This document shows positions 9,877-20,008 of a stretch of DNA of 64,000 nucleotides, in pieces. Made by a program: the position numbers and the translations under genes. The DNA lies in the NCBI GenBank assembly GCA_934141145.1, contig CAKPCA010000004.1:802-64801 (forward strand), in the 5' to 3' direction. Every line of letters starts with the position of its first letter. Position 1 is the stretch's first letter. This DNA is from an uncultured Bacilli bacterium. GTDB taxonomy: Bacteria > Bacillota_I > Bacilli_A > RF39 > UBA660. The notes beneath the pieces were generated by a model, which saw nothing but the letters and a program-made list of their open reading frames with translations, was not told where the DNA came from and did no database searches.

Positions 9877-11667
9877 CTATTTTAAATTATTATCTTTTAA
9901 ATATTCTCTTAAAGATTGCACTACTTCTTCTGGAAGTACTTTTTTTAATTCTTCATCACTAGCATTTTTTATACCTGTTAAATTTTTAAATTCTTTAATT
10001 AATGCTTTTCTTCTTTTTTCACCTATTCCAGGAATATTATCTAGTACTGATGAAAGTGATCCTTTACTTCTTATTTCTTTATGATAACTAATTGCAAATC
10101 TATGAACTTCTTCACTTATTTTTTCTAAGAAATGAAATAAATTACTATCTTTTTCTATTTCTATTTCTTTTTCATCTGAAACAAGTGCACATATTCTATG
10201 TTTATCATTCTTTTGCAGACCATAAACCGGTATATCTAAGCATAAATTATCAAGTATTTCCTTACATGCATTTATTTGAATAAGTCCACCATCAACTAAT
10301 ATTAAATCCGGTTTAATTAAATTATCATTAATAACTCTTGAGTATCTTCTTTCTATTACTTCTTGCATTAAATGATAATCATCTTTTGCGTCACCCTTTA
10401 TTTTATACTTTCTATAATCTTTTTTACTTGCTCTTCCATCTACAAATACAACCATACCACTTACAGTATAAGTACCAAATAAATGTGAGTTATCAAATGA
10501 TTCAATCCTATGAATAGTAAATCCTAACTTTTTACTTAATTCTTCATTTGCTTTTACACTTCTGTCTAAATCATTTTTAATTAAATCAAATTTTTCCATT
10601 ATCTTTATTTTAGCATTTTCTTCTGCCATATCTATTAAATGCTTTTTAGGTCCCTTACTTGGAGATAATACTTTTACACCTAGTGCATCTGATAAAAGAT
10701 CTAAATCTAAAAAATCTGGAACAAGAATTTCTTTTGGTAAATCATTATTTTCATAAAACGATAATATAAAGTTATTTAAACATTCTTCTTTTTCTTCATT
10801 TTGTTCATAAATATAACTATTTCTTTCAACTAGCCTACCACTTCTAGAATGAAATACCTGCATAGATATATACCCCTTATATTCATAAGCATTAAATATA
10901 TCTCTATTTACATTATCAGTTAAATCTATTTTTTGTTTTTCAAGTACTTTATCTATATAATCTAATAATTCTTTTATTTCTCCTGCCTTTTCAAAATTTA
11001 ATTTTTCTGATGCATCATACATATCTTTTTTTAACTTAATTACTATATCATTATAATTACCATTTAAAAATGATGTTATTTCTTTTACCATTTCTTCACA
11101 TTTTTCTTTATCTACATTTTTAGTACAATATCCAAGACACTCACCTATATGATAATATAAACATGGTTTATCAGGAAATGTTTTACATTTTCTAAGAGGA
11201 TATATTCTATTTAACATATTTACAATACTTCTTGCAGCATATGAACTAGGATATGGTCCAAATAATTTAACATTTTTTTTTACTCTTTTATGTCTTGGTC
11301 TTACAATATCAAGTTTTGGATATGGAATAGTTGTAAGCGCTATATATGGATATGATTTATCATCTCTAAAAATAATATTATATTTAGGATCATATTTCTT
11401 TATTAAATTAATTTCTAAAAGAAATGCCTCTTTTTCTGATTCTGTAACTATATACTCAAATGTTGATATATTTGAAACAAGTGCTTTTGTTTTACCTGTT
11501 TTTTCTCCTCTAAAATAACTACTTACTCTATTTTTAAGTATTTTTGCTTTACCTACATAAATAACCTTGCCTGTATTATCTTTCATAAGATAACATCCTG
11601 GTTTTCTAGGTAATAATGCAAGTTTACTTTGTATATGTTTTTTTGTATTTTCATCCATATTAATCAT
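9877..11667 (-). CDS. uvrC: Excinuclease ABC subunit C
   Basis: 596 aa. It has a GIY-YIG N-terminus (GCYLMKDNTGKVIYVGKAKILKNRVSSYF), a UvrC central domain and a C-terminal HhH region. Confidence 0.95.
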   Translation of the reverse strand: MINMDENTKKHIQSKLALLPRKPGCYLMKDNTGKVIYVGKAKILKNRVSSYFRGEKTGKTKALVSNISTFEYIVTESEKEAFLLEINLIKKYDPKYNIIFRDDKSYPYIALTTIPYPKLDIVRPRHKRVKKNVKLFGPYPSSYAARSIVNMLNRIYPLRKCKTFPDKPCLYYHIGECLGYCTKNVDKEKCEEMVKEITSFLNGNYNDIVIKLKKDMYDASEKLNFEKAGEIKELLDYIDKVLEKQKIDLTDNVNRDIFNAYEYKGYISMQVFHSRSGRLVERNSYIYEQNEEKEECLNNFILSFYENNDLPKEILVPDFLDLDLLSDALGVKVLSPSKGPKKHLIDMAEENAKIKIMEKFDLIKNDLDRSVKANEELSKKLGFTIHRIESFDNSHLFGTYTVSGMVVFVDGRASKKDYRKYKIKGDAKDDYHLMQEVIERRYSRVINDNLIKPDLILVDGGLIQINACKEILDNLCLDIPVYGLQKNDKHRICALVSDEKEIEIEKDSNLFHFLEKISEEVHRFAISYHKEIRSKGSLSSVLDNIPGIGEKRRKALIKEFKNLTGIKNASDEELKKVLPEEVVQSLREYLKDNNLK

Positions 11668-11720
11668 TCCTTCTAAATTATTTTACCATATTTTTATAAA
11701 TTATAGTATAATTGTTTTAG

Positions 11721-12110
11721 GTGAAAAGAATGTATATTATAGATAAAAATGCTGAAAATGAAATAGTTATTAAAAAATCAAGATTTATTACAAAACTATA
11801 TTATATTGAAAACACAAATAAAGTTAATGATATTATTAATGAACTAAAAAAAGAATACAAAAAATGTACTCATATTTGTTACTCATATATTATAGGACCA
11901 AATGCTAAAGCAGTTGATGATGGTGAACCATCTGGTACAGCTGGTAAACCTATTTTAAATGTACTTCAAAAAAAAGATATGACTAATGTTTTATGTGTTG
12001 TTATTAGATATTTTGGTGGAATTAAACTTGGTGCTGGCGGTCTTGTTAGAGCATATACTAAAAGTGCATCTGAAGTAATTAAGTTAGTTAATTTAATAGA
12101 AAAAGATTAA
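11721..12110 (+). CDS. yigZ: IMPACT/YigZ family protein (N-terminal UPF0029 domain only)
   Basis: The motifs KKSRFI...HICYSY...DDGEPSGTAGKPILNVL...VVIRYFGGIKLGAGGLVRAY are the YigZ/IMPACT signature. Confidence 0.8.
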   Translation: MKRMYIIDKNAENEIVIKKSRFITKLYYIENTNKVNDIINELKKEYKKCTHICYSYIIGPNAKAVDDGEPSGTAGKPILNVLQKKDMTNVLCVVIRYFGGIKLGAGGLVRAYTKSASEVIKLVNLIEKD

Positions 12111-12349
12111 AAATCTTTTTCTATTTCTTTATTATAATTATAATTTGATAAACCAGTTATTGCACCTAGAAATGATGCAAATAATGATATAGTTCCTACA
12201 ATCATTGTTGGATCAAAGTTATATAGTTTACCAAGTCCAATAATCAATGTAATAGTAGGTGCTACACCTGTAAATAATATCCATTTAATCACATTATATA
12301 CTTTATCTTTAAATTTAAAAGTTTTTAATGTTTCTACTATTGATTTCAT
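12107..12349 (-). CDS. Small two-TM protein resembling Dp-1/Phage_holin_1-type holins
   Basis: 80 aa. The pattern VYNVIKWILFTGVAPTITLIIGLGKLYNF...IVGTISLFASFLGAITGLSNYNY resembles the Y..LKW...LPA......G..T....FLG...G.S..Y holin pattern. No endolysin gene is adjacent. Confidence 0.4.
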   Translation of the reverse strand: MKSIVETLKTFKFKDKVYNVIKWILFTGVAPTITLIIGLGKLYNFDPTMIVGTISLFASFLGAITGLSNYNYNKEIEKDF

Positions 12350-12470
12350 TTTTTCACTCTCCCTCTATTCTAATTTATTCTATATTTTATCTTGTTGATT
12401 AAGAAAACAACCCTTTTTTATATTAATTAACAACAATATTTTAAATAATATTTTATATACCTAAATCACA

Positions 12471-12502
12471 AAAAAATGTCAATTTTACAATTGACATTTT
12501 TT
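12471..12502 (-). terminator. Rho-independent (bidirectional) terminator
   Basis: AAAAAATGTCAATT-TTAC-AATTGACATTTTTT is a perfect stem flanked by A and T runs. It lies immediately after the stop of 12501..13016. Confidence 0.7.
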
Positions 12503-13016
12503 AATACATACCATATATTTTGTTATATGATACATAATCACTAGCAGATATCATTTGACCTTTACAAATTTTTATAAAACTATTAATATCATATTCTTCT
12601 TGTTCAGATTTTTTTTGTTTTTTAAATAAATTATAGACTACTCTCGACACTGAAAAATTAATTTCTGGATTAATTTTAATAAATTCATTATAATTTTCAC
12701 CTATAACAAAATCTTTATCATATATATTTTTTGAATAATTTGCAACTTTTATAAAGGCATTAAAAATTATTTGCATTTCTTCTGAATCTTGCTTACCCAT
12801 TTTTTTTAATTTTTTTATTTTATCAAGCAAAATCAATATTGTATAATCCTTTGCACACTCAAATCCTCTTATAAAATCTATCCCTTTATTTAATTCAAAA
12901 TGCAAATCATTACTTATCTGTTTTACTAAATTTGGTATTTCTATATCATCAACTAAACTAGAATTAAATGAACAATTAATAATTTCTTCTAGAAAATCTT
13001 CTGATTCTTTTCTCAT
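12501..13016 (-). CDS. Hypothetical protein (171 aa), probably co-transcribed with the amidoligase gene
   Basis: Clean ORF with no recognisable motif. There is no terminator in the 86-bp gap to the upstream gene, and a strong terminator follows it. Confidence 0.5.
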   Translation of the reverse strand: MRKESEDFLEEIINCSFNSSLVDDIEIPNLVKQISNDLHFELNKGIDFIRGFECAKDYTILILLDKIKKLKKMGKQDSEEMQIIFNAFIKVANYSKNIYDKDFVIGENYNEFIKINPEINFSVSRVVYNLFKKQKKSEQEEYDINSFIKICKGQMISASDYVSYNKIYGMY

Positions 13017-13102
13017 ATAATTTTTCCCCCTTTAAATATACAATCATATTAACATATTTAATTGAATAAGTCAATTTTTAAATAACTTTATGTAGATACT
13101 TT

Positions 13103-14026
13103 TTACTCTTTTATATATTGTTTCATAAAATAATCTTTATCTAAATCGTCATCAAATATAATATCTGAAAAAATAATTGCGTCATCTAAATTTATATTTC
13201 TATACATTTCTAATGATGTTCTTTTATTTTTTAAATCTTCTATTCTATAATCTAAATACTCAATATCTATATCTTTCTTTGCTGATAATAGTAATCTACA
13301 GAATAAATTTATCTCATTTTGCACTACTATAGGATCTATTGTTCCATTGCACATTCTAAATTCTATTGTATTAGTTGATCCTATACCATGTGGTATATTT
13401 TGAAAATTTATTCCTCTTTCTTTTGCTTTAATTACATTATTTATGTCATTTATTAATTCATAAAAATCATTACCATCATCATTTTTTAAAATATCAATTA
13501 ATATATTTCTAGAATCCTTTGCATAAGTTTTAAGTGCTTCTCTTTCTCTTAATCCGTTATATCCAAATTTATATATTACATGCTCAAATACTATGTATAA
13601 TTTTAAAAATTTAACCAATACGTCATAATCATTATTAAATACATCTTTTGATACATGACAATGTAATCCTACTCTGTCATCAACTGTTGCATGATACTTT
13701 CTTAATGCATTACATACCTTTTTTATTTCTTTATATGAATTTGGTGTATTAGTAAAAACAGGAGTAGTTACTTCACCACCATATATTACCCCTTTTTTTG
13801 AGTAAGAAAAATTACCATCAATATGAAAATGCCATTTTTCATAGTTTACATAATCAAGATTCTCTTCTAAACGATTAAGTATTCTTAAAATTTTATTATT
13901 TGGTGCATTACAATACTCCATTTCTACACCAAACGTTAAATCATCTTTAAAATTTAATTTTTCTCTATACTCAAATTTTAATTTTTTTAAATACTCAACA
14001 TATTGTTCTTTCTCTAGTAAATTCAT
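13103..14026 (-). CDS. Putative amidoligase (Amidoligase_2 / glutamine synthetase-like fold family)
   Basis: FGVEMEY near the N-terminus, GLHCHVS in the middle and NTIEFRMCNGT near the C-terminus match the conserved blocks of the Amidoligase_2 family described on phages and plasmids. The RBS is AAAGGGG. Confidence 0.55.
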   Translation of the reverse strand: MNLLEKEQYVEYLKKLKFEYREKLNFKDDLTFGVEMEYCNAPNNKILRILNRLEENLDYVNYEKWHFHIDGNFSYSKKGVIYGGEVTTPVFTNTPNSYKEIKKVCNALRKYHATVDDRVGLHCHVSKDVFNNDYDVLVKFLKLYIVFEHVIYKFGYNGLREREALKTYAKDSRNILIDILKNDDGNDFYELINDINNVIKAKERGINFQNIPHGIGSTNTIEFRMCNGTIDPIVVQNEINLFCRLLLSAKKDIDIEYLDYRIEDLKNKRTSLEMYRNINLDDAIIFSDIIFDDDLDKDYFMKQYIKE

Positions 14027-14083
14027 AGTAATCCCCTTTAATTAGTGCAAGTATATTACCATAAATATAAAAAATATGCAAAT

Positions 14084-14108
14084 AAAAAGGATTTTTCTAA
14101 AATCCCTT
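14084..14108 (-). terminator. Rho-independent terminator after the pilin-like gene
   Basis: The minus strand reads AAGGGATTTT-AGA-AAAATCCTTT followed by TTATTT. It lies directly after the stop at 14109. Confidence 0.6.
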
Positions 14109-16259
14109 TTATTGAATAATATAACTAAATCCGTATAAGAATGTATTCCCCGCATACACATGTGTTGCATATTCACCTGAAACATTTCCGTGATTTGATT
14201 TAGAAAATCTAATATATTGATATGTCCCTTGTGCATCTGTATATGTCGAAGGTGAATACCATTGTATATCATCCTGACCATTTGCAATTGACCATGTTGG
14301 GAAACTAGTTACATCATTTCTTCCAAATACTGTAACCTGAATATCACCATTTGGCCATTGAATTAATGTATAAACAACTCCTATTACTGGTTTTGATTGA
14401 AGTGTTTTACTATAATAATCTACTAATAAACCGGAAGCATTATTAAATATTGCATTTGATGCAGCAGTAGAAAATGTACAATTTTTTGTTATAGTATAAC
14501 TATTATTTATATTATATACATTTGCAAAACCTCCAGCATAAGTTATAGATATATTCATATTCATTAATGCGGCTTGATTTGAATTTGTTCCTGCTTTACT
14601 ATTATTAACAAAACCATATGCTGTAGACTCAATATTTCCACCAGTTGCATAGACTGTACCATTTGTATCATTATATAATGCGGTACCTGTTGATCCTGCT
14701 AATGTTTGTTTTATAGTTCCACCAGTCATAGTTATCTTTCCTGTATTTTTAACAGTCCATCCTGCTGGGGAGATAATTGTTCCTCCTTTTATATTTAATA
14801 CACCCAAATTATTTATAGCTCTTACAGAAGTGCTGGTACTAGTTGTTTGTATTGTTCCACTTTGTAGTGATAGTGTACCTTTATTATAAATTACATTATT
14901 AGATGAATTTATTATAGTACCATTTCGTATTGTTATGTTTGATGAAGAATTATTATTACTTATACTTCCAGTTAATGTTTTTTTATTTAAATTAAATACT
15001 AAATTATTAACTAGATTAGATACAGAAATATTTGCCGTTACATTAGTTAATAAAGTTATTGTTGTTGTAGAAGCATTATTAAATGCTGATTGTAAATCTG
15101 TATAATATGTTGTTACACCACCTGTTACATTTTTTGCAACATATTGTGTCCAATGGGCATATAACGTATGATTACTAAATGTAGTTACTATTGTATTAGT
15201 ACTTATAAGATTTCCACCACTAGCACTTGTATACCAACCATCAAATCTATATCCTGATTTTGTAGGTACTGGTAAAGTTCCATATTCTTCATTATATGTT
15301 ATAGTTTTATTATTTGTAGCTGTACTACCACCATTTGCATTAAATGTTACCAAAAATTTTGCTTTATTTATAATTATATCTTTACTACCATTTACTGTTT
15401 TATAGCCTTCTTTTGTTACCTCATAATATATTGTATACGTTCCTGGATTTATATATTTAGGACTTTCTGTAAGATTATATTCTCCTAAACTTGTACCATA
15501 TTTTATAGTTGCTCCACTTGATATTACTGTTATTCCGTGTTCTTTTCCATCATAAGTTCCTTCATATCCTTCTGCGGTAATGCTTAATAAACCATTAGAT
15601 GTTATTACTTCATATGCAGCTTTAGCTTCATTATATTCTTCATTTGCTTCTGATTTTATTGTTAAAGTGGTATTGCCTTCTTTTTTACCAGATACTATTT
15701 TTACTATATTATTATCTATCGAACATGTAGCAATTTTTGCATCATTTGTTGAGCAGCTTAACTTACCATTACTCTTATTTTCAATTATGTCAACGGTACC
15801 TGTTTCTGGATAGGTATATTTACCATAATAACTAGATAATTTCACTCTACCATTTTTTTTAAATTCAGATTCTGTACAATTTTTTATAGCAGTCATACTA
15901 TTTTCATCATATTTTACATGATAATCATTTATACAAAGATCCGCACTTATTACTTTTTTATTTTTTATAGTTACTTTCCCTAAAGTTGGTAAAGTTCCTT
16001 TTATCTTTATCTTAGAAGATATTTTTGAAACATTTATATCTTCTCCATCTTCTATTAAGGAATAATCAGAATTATCGACATCATTTAGTGAATTTTCATA
16101 ATTTATTGATCTAATATAACCATATGCACTATCTATTGAAGCTTGTTTCTGCGAATTTTCTATTACATTTAATATCTTGGGTACAGTTATAACAAGTATT
16201 GTAGATATTATTACTATTACTGCTAAAAGTTCTATTAATGTAAACCCTTTTTTCTTCAT
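14109..16259 (-). CDS. Very large (716 aa) modular protein with a type IV prepilin N-terminus, a Listeria-Bacteroides (Flg_new) repeat, beta-helix-like repeats and a C-terminal GBS-Bsp-like repeat
   Basis: The N-terminus MKKKG/FTLIELLAVIVIISTILVITVP carries the class III signal (G-1, E+5). TFNANGGS...GYRFDGWYTSASGG...HTLYAHW is a Flg_new repeat. Next comes an N/T/G-rich repetitive region. The C-terminal FPTWSIANGQDDIQWYSP...GEYATHVYAGN resembles the GBS Bsp-like repeat. Confidence 0.7.
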   Translation of the reverse strand: MKKKGFTLIELLAVIVIISTILVITVPKILNVIENSQKQASIDSAYGYIRSINYENSLNDVDNSDYSLIEDGEDINVSKISSKIKIKGTLPTLGKVTIKNKKVISADLCINDYHVKYDENSMTAIKNCTESEFKKNGRVKLSSYYGKYTYPETGTVDIIENKSNGKLSCSTNDAKIATCSIDNNIVKIVSGKKEGNTTLTIKSEANEEYNEAKAAYEVITSNGLLSITAEGYEGTYDGKEHGITVISSGATIKYGTSLGEYNLTESPKYINPGTYTIYYEVTKEGYKTVNGSKDIIINKAKFLVTFNANGGSTATNNKTITYNEEYGTLPVPTKSGYRFDGWYTSASGGNLISTNTIVTTFSNHTLYAHWTQYVAKNVTGGVTTYYTDLQSAFNNASTTTITLLTNVTANISVSNLVNNLVFNLNKKTLTGSISNNNSSSNITIRNGTIINSSNNVIYNKGTLSLQSGTIQTTSTSTSVRAINNLGVLNIKGGTIISPAGWTVKNTGKITMTGGTIKQTLAGSTGTALYNDTNGTVYATGGNIESTAYGFVNNSKAGTNSNQAALMNMNISITYAGGFANVYNINNSYTITKNCTFSTAASNAIFNNASGLLVDYYSKTLQSKPVIGVVYTLIQWPNGDIQVTVFGRNDVTSFPTWSIANGQDDIQWYSPSTYTDAQGTYQYIRFSKSNHGNVSGEYATHVYAGNTFLYGFSYIIQ

Positions 16260-16267
16260 ATTTTCTC

Positions 16268-19210
16268 CTATTTTAATTCTTCTAATTTAACACTTACTAG
16301 TTTTGATACACCAGACTCTTGCATAGTTATACCATAAAGTACATCGGCATATTCCATAGTCTTCTTTTTATGAGTAATTATTATAAACTGAGTATCGCCT
16401 CTAAATTCTAGTAAAAATTTACCAAAATTATCTACGTTAACTTCATCAAGTGCGGCTTCAACCTCATCTAGTATACAAAATGGTACTGGTCTTGTTTTTA
16501 ATATTGCAAATAGTAATGCAATTGCAGTTAATGTTTTTTCACCACCTGATAGTAATGAAATATGTTGTAATTTCTTTCCTGGTGGAAGCGCTACTATATC
16601 TATACCTGTTTCAAGCATATCATTTGGATTTGTTAATCTAAGTTCTGCATTACCACCACCAAATAATTTTTTAAATATTTCTGAAAATTCTATTTTTACT
16701 TTATTAAATGTTTCTTCAAATCTTTCTTTCATTACTTCATCCATTTCATTAATAATTTCAAGAAGTACATTTTCTGCGGAAATTAAATCTTCTTTTTGTT
16801 TAGACAAAAATTCATATCGTTCATTTAGTCTATCATATTCTTCTATTGATCCTAAATTTACATTACCAAGTGACTTGATTTCATTTTTTAACTTACTTAC
16901 AATTGTTCGAATAGTTTCTTCATCATCATCTAATACATAATTTTCTTTTGCTTTTTCATATGTAATTGAATAATCTTCAGATAATATATTTAATAAATTA
17001 TCAAGTTTTACATCTAATCTACTTATTTTTATTTCATGTTCTTTTAATTCAGCTTGTAATTTATTAAATTCACTATTATTATTCTTAACTAATGATTCAT
17101 TATTAACTAAATCATCTTTTTCATTTTCTAATTTTTTTCTAACTTTTTCTATATCTAATATTAAATTATCTTTTTCTTTTACTGCTTCATAGTATTCTTC
17201 TAAAATCTTATCTTCTTCTGTATTAATTACATTATTAACTACATTTTCATTATTACTTAATTCAAGTTCAAATGAAGCTTTTGTAAGATTTAATTCTTCT
17301 TTTTTATTTTTCTTTTCTTTTATAAGTTCACTTTTAGTTTGTATTTCTATTAAAATACTCTTTTTCTTATCATCAAGGTTACTATATTTTTCATCTATTT
17401 CATTAAGTACATTCTCTATTTCATTAATATCATTTTGTACTTTATCTATTTCTTTTATAACATTTTCTAATTCATATTTGTCGCTTATAATAGAACTTTT
17501 TTTAAGAGCTCCACCTGTTATAGAACCTCCAACATTAACTATTTCACCAGTAATTGTTACTACTTTACACCTATTATTAATTACTTTAGATACTTTATTT
17601 GCACTATCTATATTATCACAAACTATTATATTTCCTAGTAAATATAACATAATATCTTTATATTTAAGATCAAATTTAATTAAATTTGAAGCTATATCAA
17701 TAAATCCGTCCACACTTTTTGCTTTATTATAAGTCTCACTATCCATACTTCTAGGTTTAATTACATTGATTGGTAAAAAAGTTGCTCTTCCAAGATTATT
17801 TTCTTTTAAATATCTAATAGCGTCTTTTGCGGCTTGTTCATTATCACATACTATATGAGAAGATGCGTTTAAAAGTGCCATATCTATTGCGGTAGAATAT
17901 TTTTCTTCTGTCTCAAATAAGTTCCCAATAACATCATGAATACCAATTAAAACTGGATTATTTAATACATTTTTTACACCATATGGTAAGTTAGAATTAT
18001 TTTCTATTGAATTAATTAATACTTCTTTTTTATGTGTTAACTCTGCTTTGTTTCTTACCTTTAAATTAAGTTTCTTTAAATTATCTTCTTTTTCTATGCT
18101 AATTTTTTCTATTTTTTCATTTATATCTTGAAGCTTTTGTGAAATTACTAAACCAGTTGCATTTTCTTCATTTATTTCTTTTTCTAATACTTCAAGTTTT
18201 GTAGATACATCTAATAATTGTTCTTTTAAGTTTATTATATTGTCATGAAGCTTAACATCATCTGAGTTATATTTACTTCTTTCTTTTATTAAATCCTTTT
18301 CTCCAGATAATCTTTCTACTTTTGAAGATACTTCAATAAGTTCTTGTTGCTTTTTATATAATTCATTATTTAAATTATTAATATTATTTTTTAAACTTTC
18401 TATTAATGCTTGTTCTTTTGAGGAAGTAGATAACATTTTTGCAATAGAATCAGTAAGTATCTCAACTCTTTCTTTACTATATTTATAATCATAATTATAA
18501 TTTTCAATATCATGTGCGACTAACGCAATTTCTTTATTTTTTAGTTCTTCTTTTTTTGATAAATATATTTTAGCATCTTCACTTTGTTTCTTTAAAGGTT
18601 CTATACTAGTACTTAATTCATCAATAATATCATTAATTCTTGTCATATTATCATGTGTTTTTGATAATTTTCTAAGTGCTTCATCTTTTCTTTTTTTATA
18701 CTTTAAAACTCCAGCGGCTTCTTCAAATATTCCTCTTCTATCTTCTGGTTTACCTGATAATATATTACCAACATCACCTTGACTGATTATATTAAACGAT
18801 TCTTTGCTTGCTCCTGTATCCATAAATAAATCTAATATATCTTTAAGTCTTGATTTTTCATTATTTATTGAATATTCATTTTCGCCTGATTTATAAATAG
18901 TTCTTTTTATTGCAACTTCATCAAAGTCTATATTTAAATATCTATCAGTATTATCAAAAACAAGTGTAACAGATGCAAAATTAGCCCCTTTTCTACTCTT
19001 ACTTCCAGAAAATATAACATCACTCATAGCGCCTTCACCACGAAGTTGTTTTACTGATTGTTCTCCAAGTACCCATCTTACAGCATCTACTACATTACTT
19101 TTACCAGATCCATTAGGACCTACTATACCTGATATACCATTATTAAATTCTATATTAATTTTTTCAGCAAATGATTTAAAACCAACTGCCTTTATTTCCT
19201 TTAAATACAT
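16268..19210 (-). CDS. smc: Chromosome segregation protein SMC (compact, 980 aa)
   Basis: The Walker A head is GIVGPNGSGKSNVVDAVRWVLGEQS. It has long coiled coils and a hinge, plus the C-terminal signature LSGGEKTLTAIALLFAI and Walker B CILDEVEAALD. Confidence 0.9.
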   Translation of the reverse strand: MYLKEIKAVGFKSFAEKINIEFNNGISGIVGPNGSGKSNVVDAVRWVLGEQSVKQLRGEGAMSDVIFSGSKSRKGANFASVTLVFDNTDRYLNIDFDEVAIKRTIYKSGENEYSINNEKSRLKDILDLFMDTGASKESFNIISQGDVGNILSGKPEDRRGIFEEAAGVLKYKKRKDEALRKLSKTHDNMTRINDIIDELSTSIEPLKKQSEDAKIYLSKKEELKNKEIALVAHDIENYNYDYKYSKERVEILTDSIAKMLSTSSKEQALIESLKNNINNLNNELYKKQQELIEVSSKVERLSGEKDLIKERSKYNSDDVKLHDNIINLKEQLLDVSTKLEVLEKEINEENATGLVISQKLQDINEKIEKISIEKEDNLKKLNLKVRNKAELTHKKEVLINSIENNSNLPYGVKNVLNNPVLIGIHDVIGNLFETEEKYSTAIDMALLNASSHIVCDNEQAAKDAIRYLKENNLGRATFLPINVIKPRSMDSETYNKAKSVDGFIDIASNLIKFDLKYKDIMLYLLGNIIVCDNIDSANKVSKVINNRCKVVTITGEIVNVGGSITGGALKKSSIISDKYELENVIKEIDKVQNDINEIENVLNEIDEKYSNLDDKKKSILIEIQTKSELIKEKKNKKEELNLTKASFELELSNNENVVNNVINTEEDKILEEYYEAVKEKDNLILDIEKVRKKLENEKDDLVNNESLVKNNNSEFNKLQAELKEHEIKISRLDVKLDNLLNILSEDYSITYEKAKENYVLDDDEETIRTIVSKLKNEIKSLGNVNLGSIEEYDRLNERYEFLSKQKEDLISAENVLLEIINEMDEVMKERFEETFNKVKIEFSEIFKKLFGGGNAELRLTNPNDMLETGIDIVALPPGKKLQHISLLSGGEKTLTAIALLFAILKTRPVPFCILDEVEAALDEVNVDNFGKFLLEFRGDTQFIIITHKKKTMEYADVLYGITMQESGVSKLVSVKLEELK

Positions 19211-19305
19211 ACTATCTACTTCCTATCATCAATACTATTTATTATACAATAAACTATGGTTTTAAGCAAGGTTTTATAATGTAAATAAAAAAGTAACTAT
19301 AACAG

Positions 19306-19980
19306 TTACTTAATATCATTTGCTCTTTTACTTAACGCATCTTTTGCGGCTTCTTGCTCTGCTTCTTTTTTACTTCCAGCTACTCCAACACCTAATACAA
19401 CATCATCTAGTTTTACAACTATTTTAAATGTTCTATTATGTGCAGGTCCTGTTTCTTCTATTACCTCATAAGTTGCGCCTTCTTTATCTGTTTGAAGTAA
19501 TTCTTGAAGTATTGACTTATAGTCATGTAAAAATAAATCATCTTTACTTTCTATAGATTTTACTACTGTATCATAAACAATTTCTTTTGCTTTATCAAGA
19601 CCATATGTTAAGTAAACTGCTGCTAAAAATGCTTCAAATACATCTGCTAGTATTGCTTTTCTATCTCTTCCTCCAGTTGCTTCTTCACCTTTACCAAGTC
19701 TTAAATATTTACCAAATTCTAATCTTTTAGAATACTCATATAAAGCATTTTCACATACATAGCTTGCTCTTATTTTAGTCATTTCGCCTTCTTTTAAATG
19801 TTCTGAAACATATAAATATTCACTTATTAGAAAATCTAGTATTTTATCTCCTAAGAATTCTAATCTTTCATAGTCTTCACCTTTTTTAGTTTCATTTACA
19901 TAAGAAGAATGAGTAAATGCTCTTTTTATTAAATCATTTTTTAAATCAATATTATATTTTTCTATCATTTTTTCACCCAA
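19306..19980 (-). CDS. rnc: Ribonuclease III
   Basis: It carries the ERLEFLGD catalytic signature and a C-terminal dsRBD (GPAHNRTFKIVV...GSKKEAEQEAAKDAL). A hairpin terminator (AAGTAACT-loop-AGTTACTT) follows at about 19284-19306. Confidence 0.9.
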   Translation of the reverse strand: MGEKMIEKYNIDLKNDLIKRAFTHSSYVNETKKGEDYERLEFLGDKILDFLISEYLYVSEHLKEGEMTKIRASYVCENALYEYSKRLEFGKYLRLGKGEEATGGRDRKAILADVFEAFLAAVYLTYGLDKAKEIVYDTVVKSIESKDDLFLHDYKSILQELLQTDKEGATYEVIEETGPAHNRTFKIVVKLDDVVLGVGVAGSKKEAEQEAAKDALSKRANDIK

Positions 19981-20008
19981 ATCAATTATACTATAATTTA
20001 TATAATAA

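Noticed and set aside
10092-10283. Short antisense ORFs inside long conserved genes. Others of this type are 15580..15813, 16450..16641, 17478..17732, 25928..26176, 26307..26594, 27738..27977, 30750..30938, 32683..32961, 32732..32944, 34253..34444, 36977..37189, 38326..38823, 38459..38680, 40327..40521, 41110..41307, 43291..43584, 48097..48399, 49857..50195, 52641..52895, 52796..52981, 54214..54456, 54672..54956, 62150..62359 and 62758..62997.
   Set aside because: All are embedded opposite strongly supported genes or leaders in an AT-rich genome, where stop-free antisense frames are common. They are rich in F/L/I/S and have no RBS or motif.
14042-14287. An 81-aa minus-strand ORF overlapping the 3' end of the pilin-like gene.
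   Set aside because: It is in a different frame of the same strand over the well-supported 716-aa ORF. It also spans that gene's terminator hairpin, which makes it implausible as a gene.
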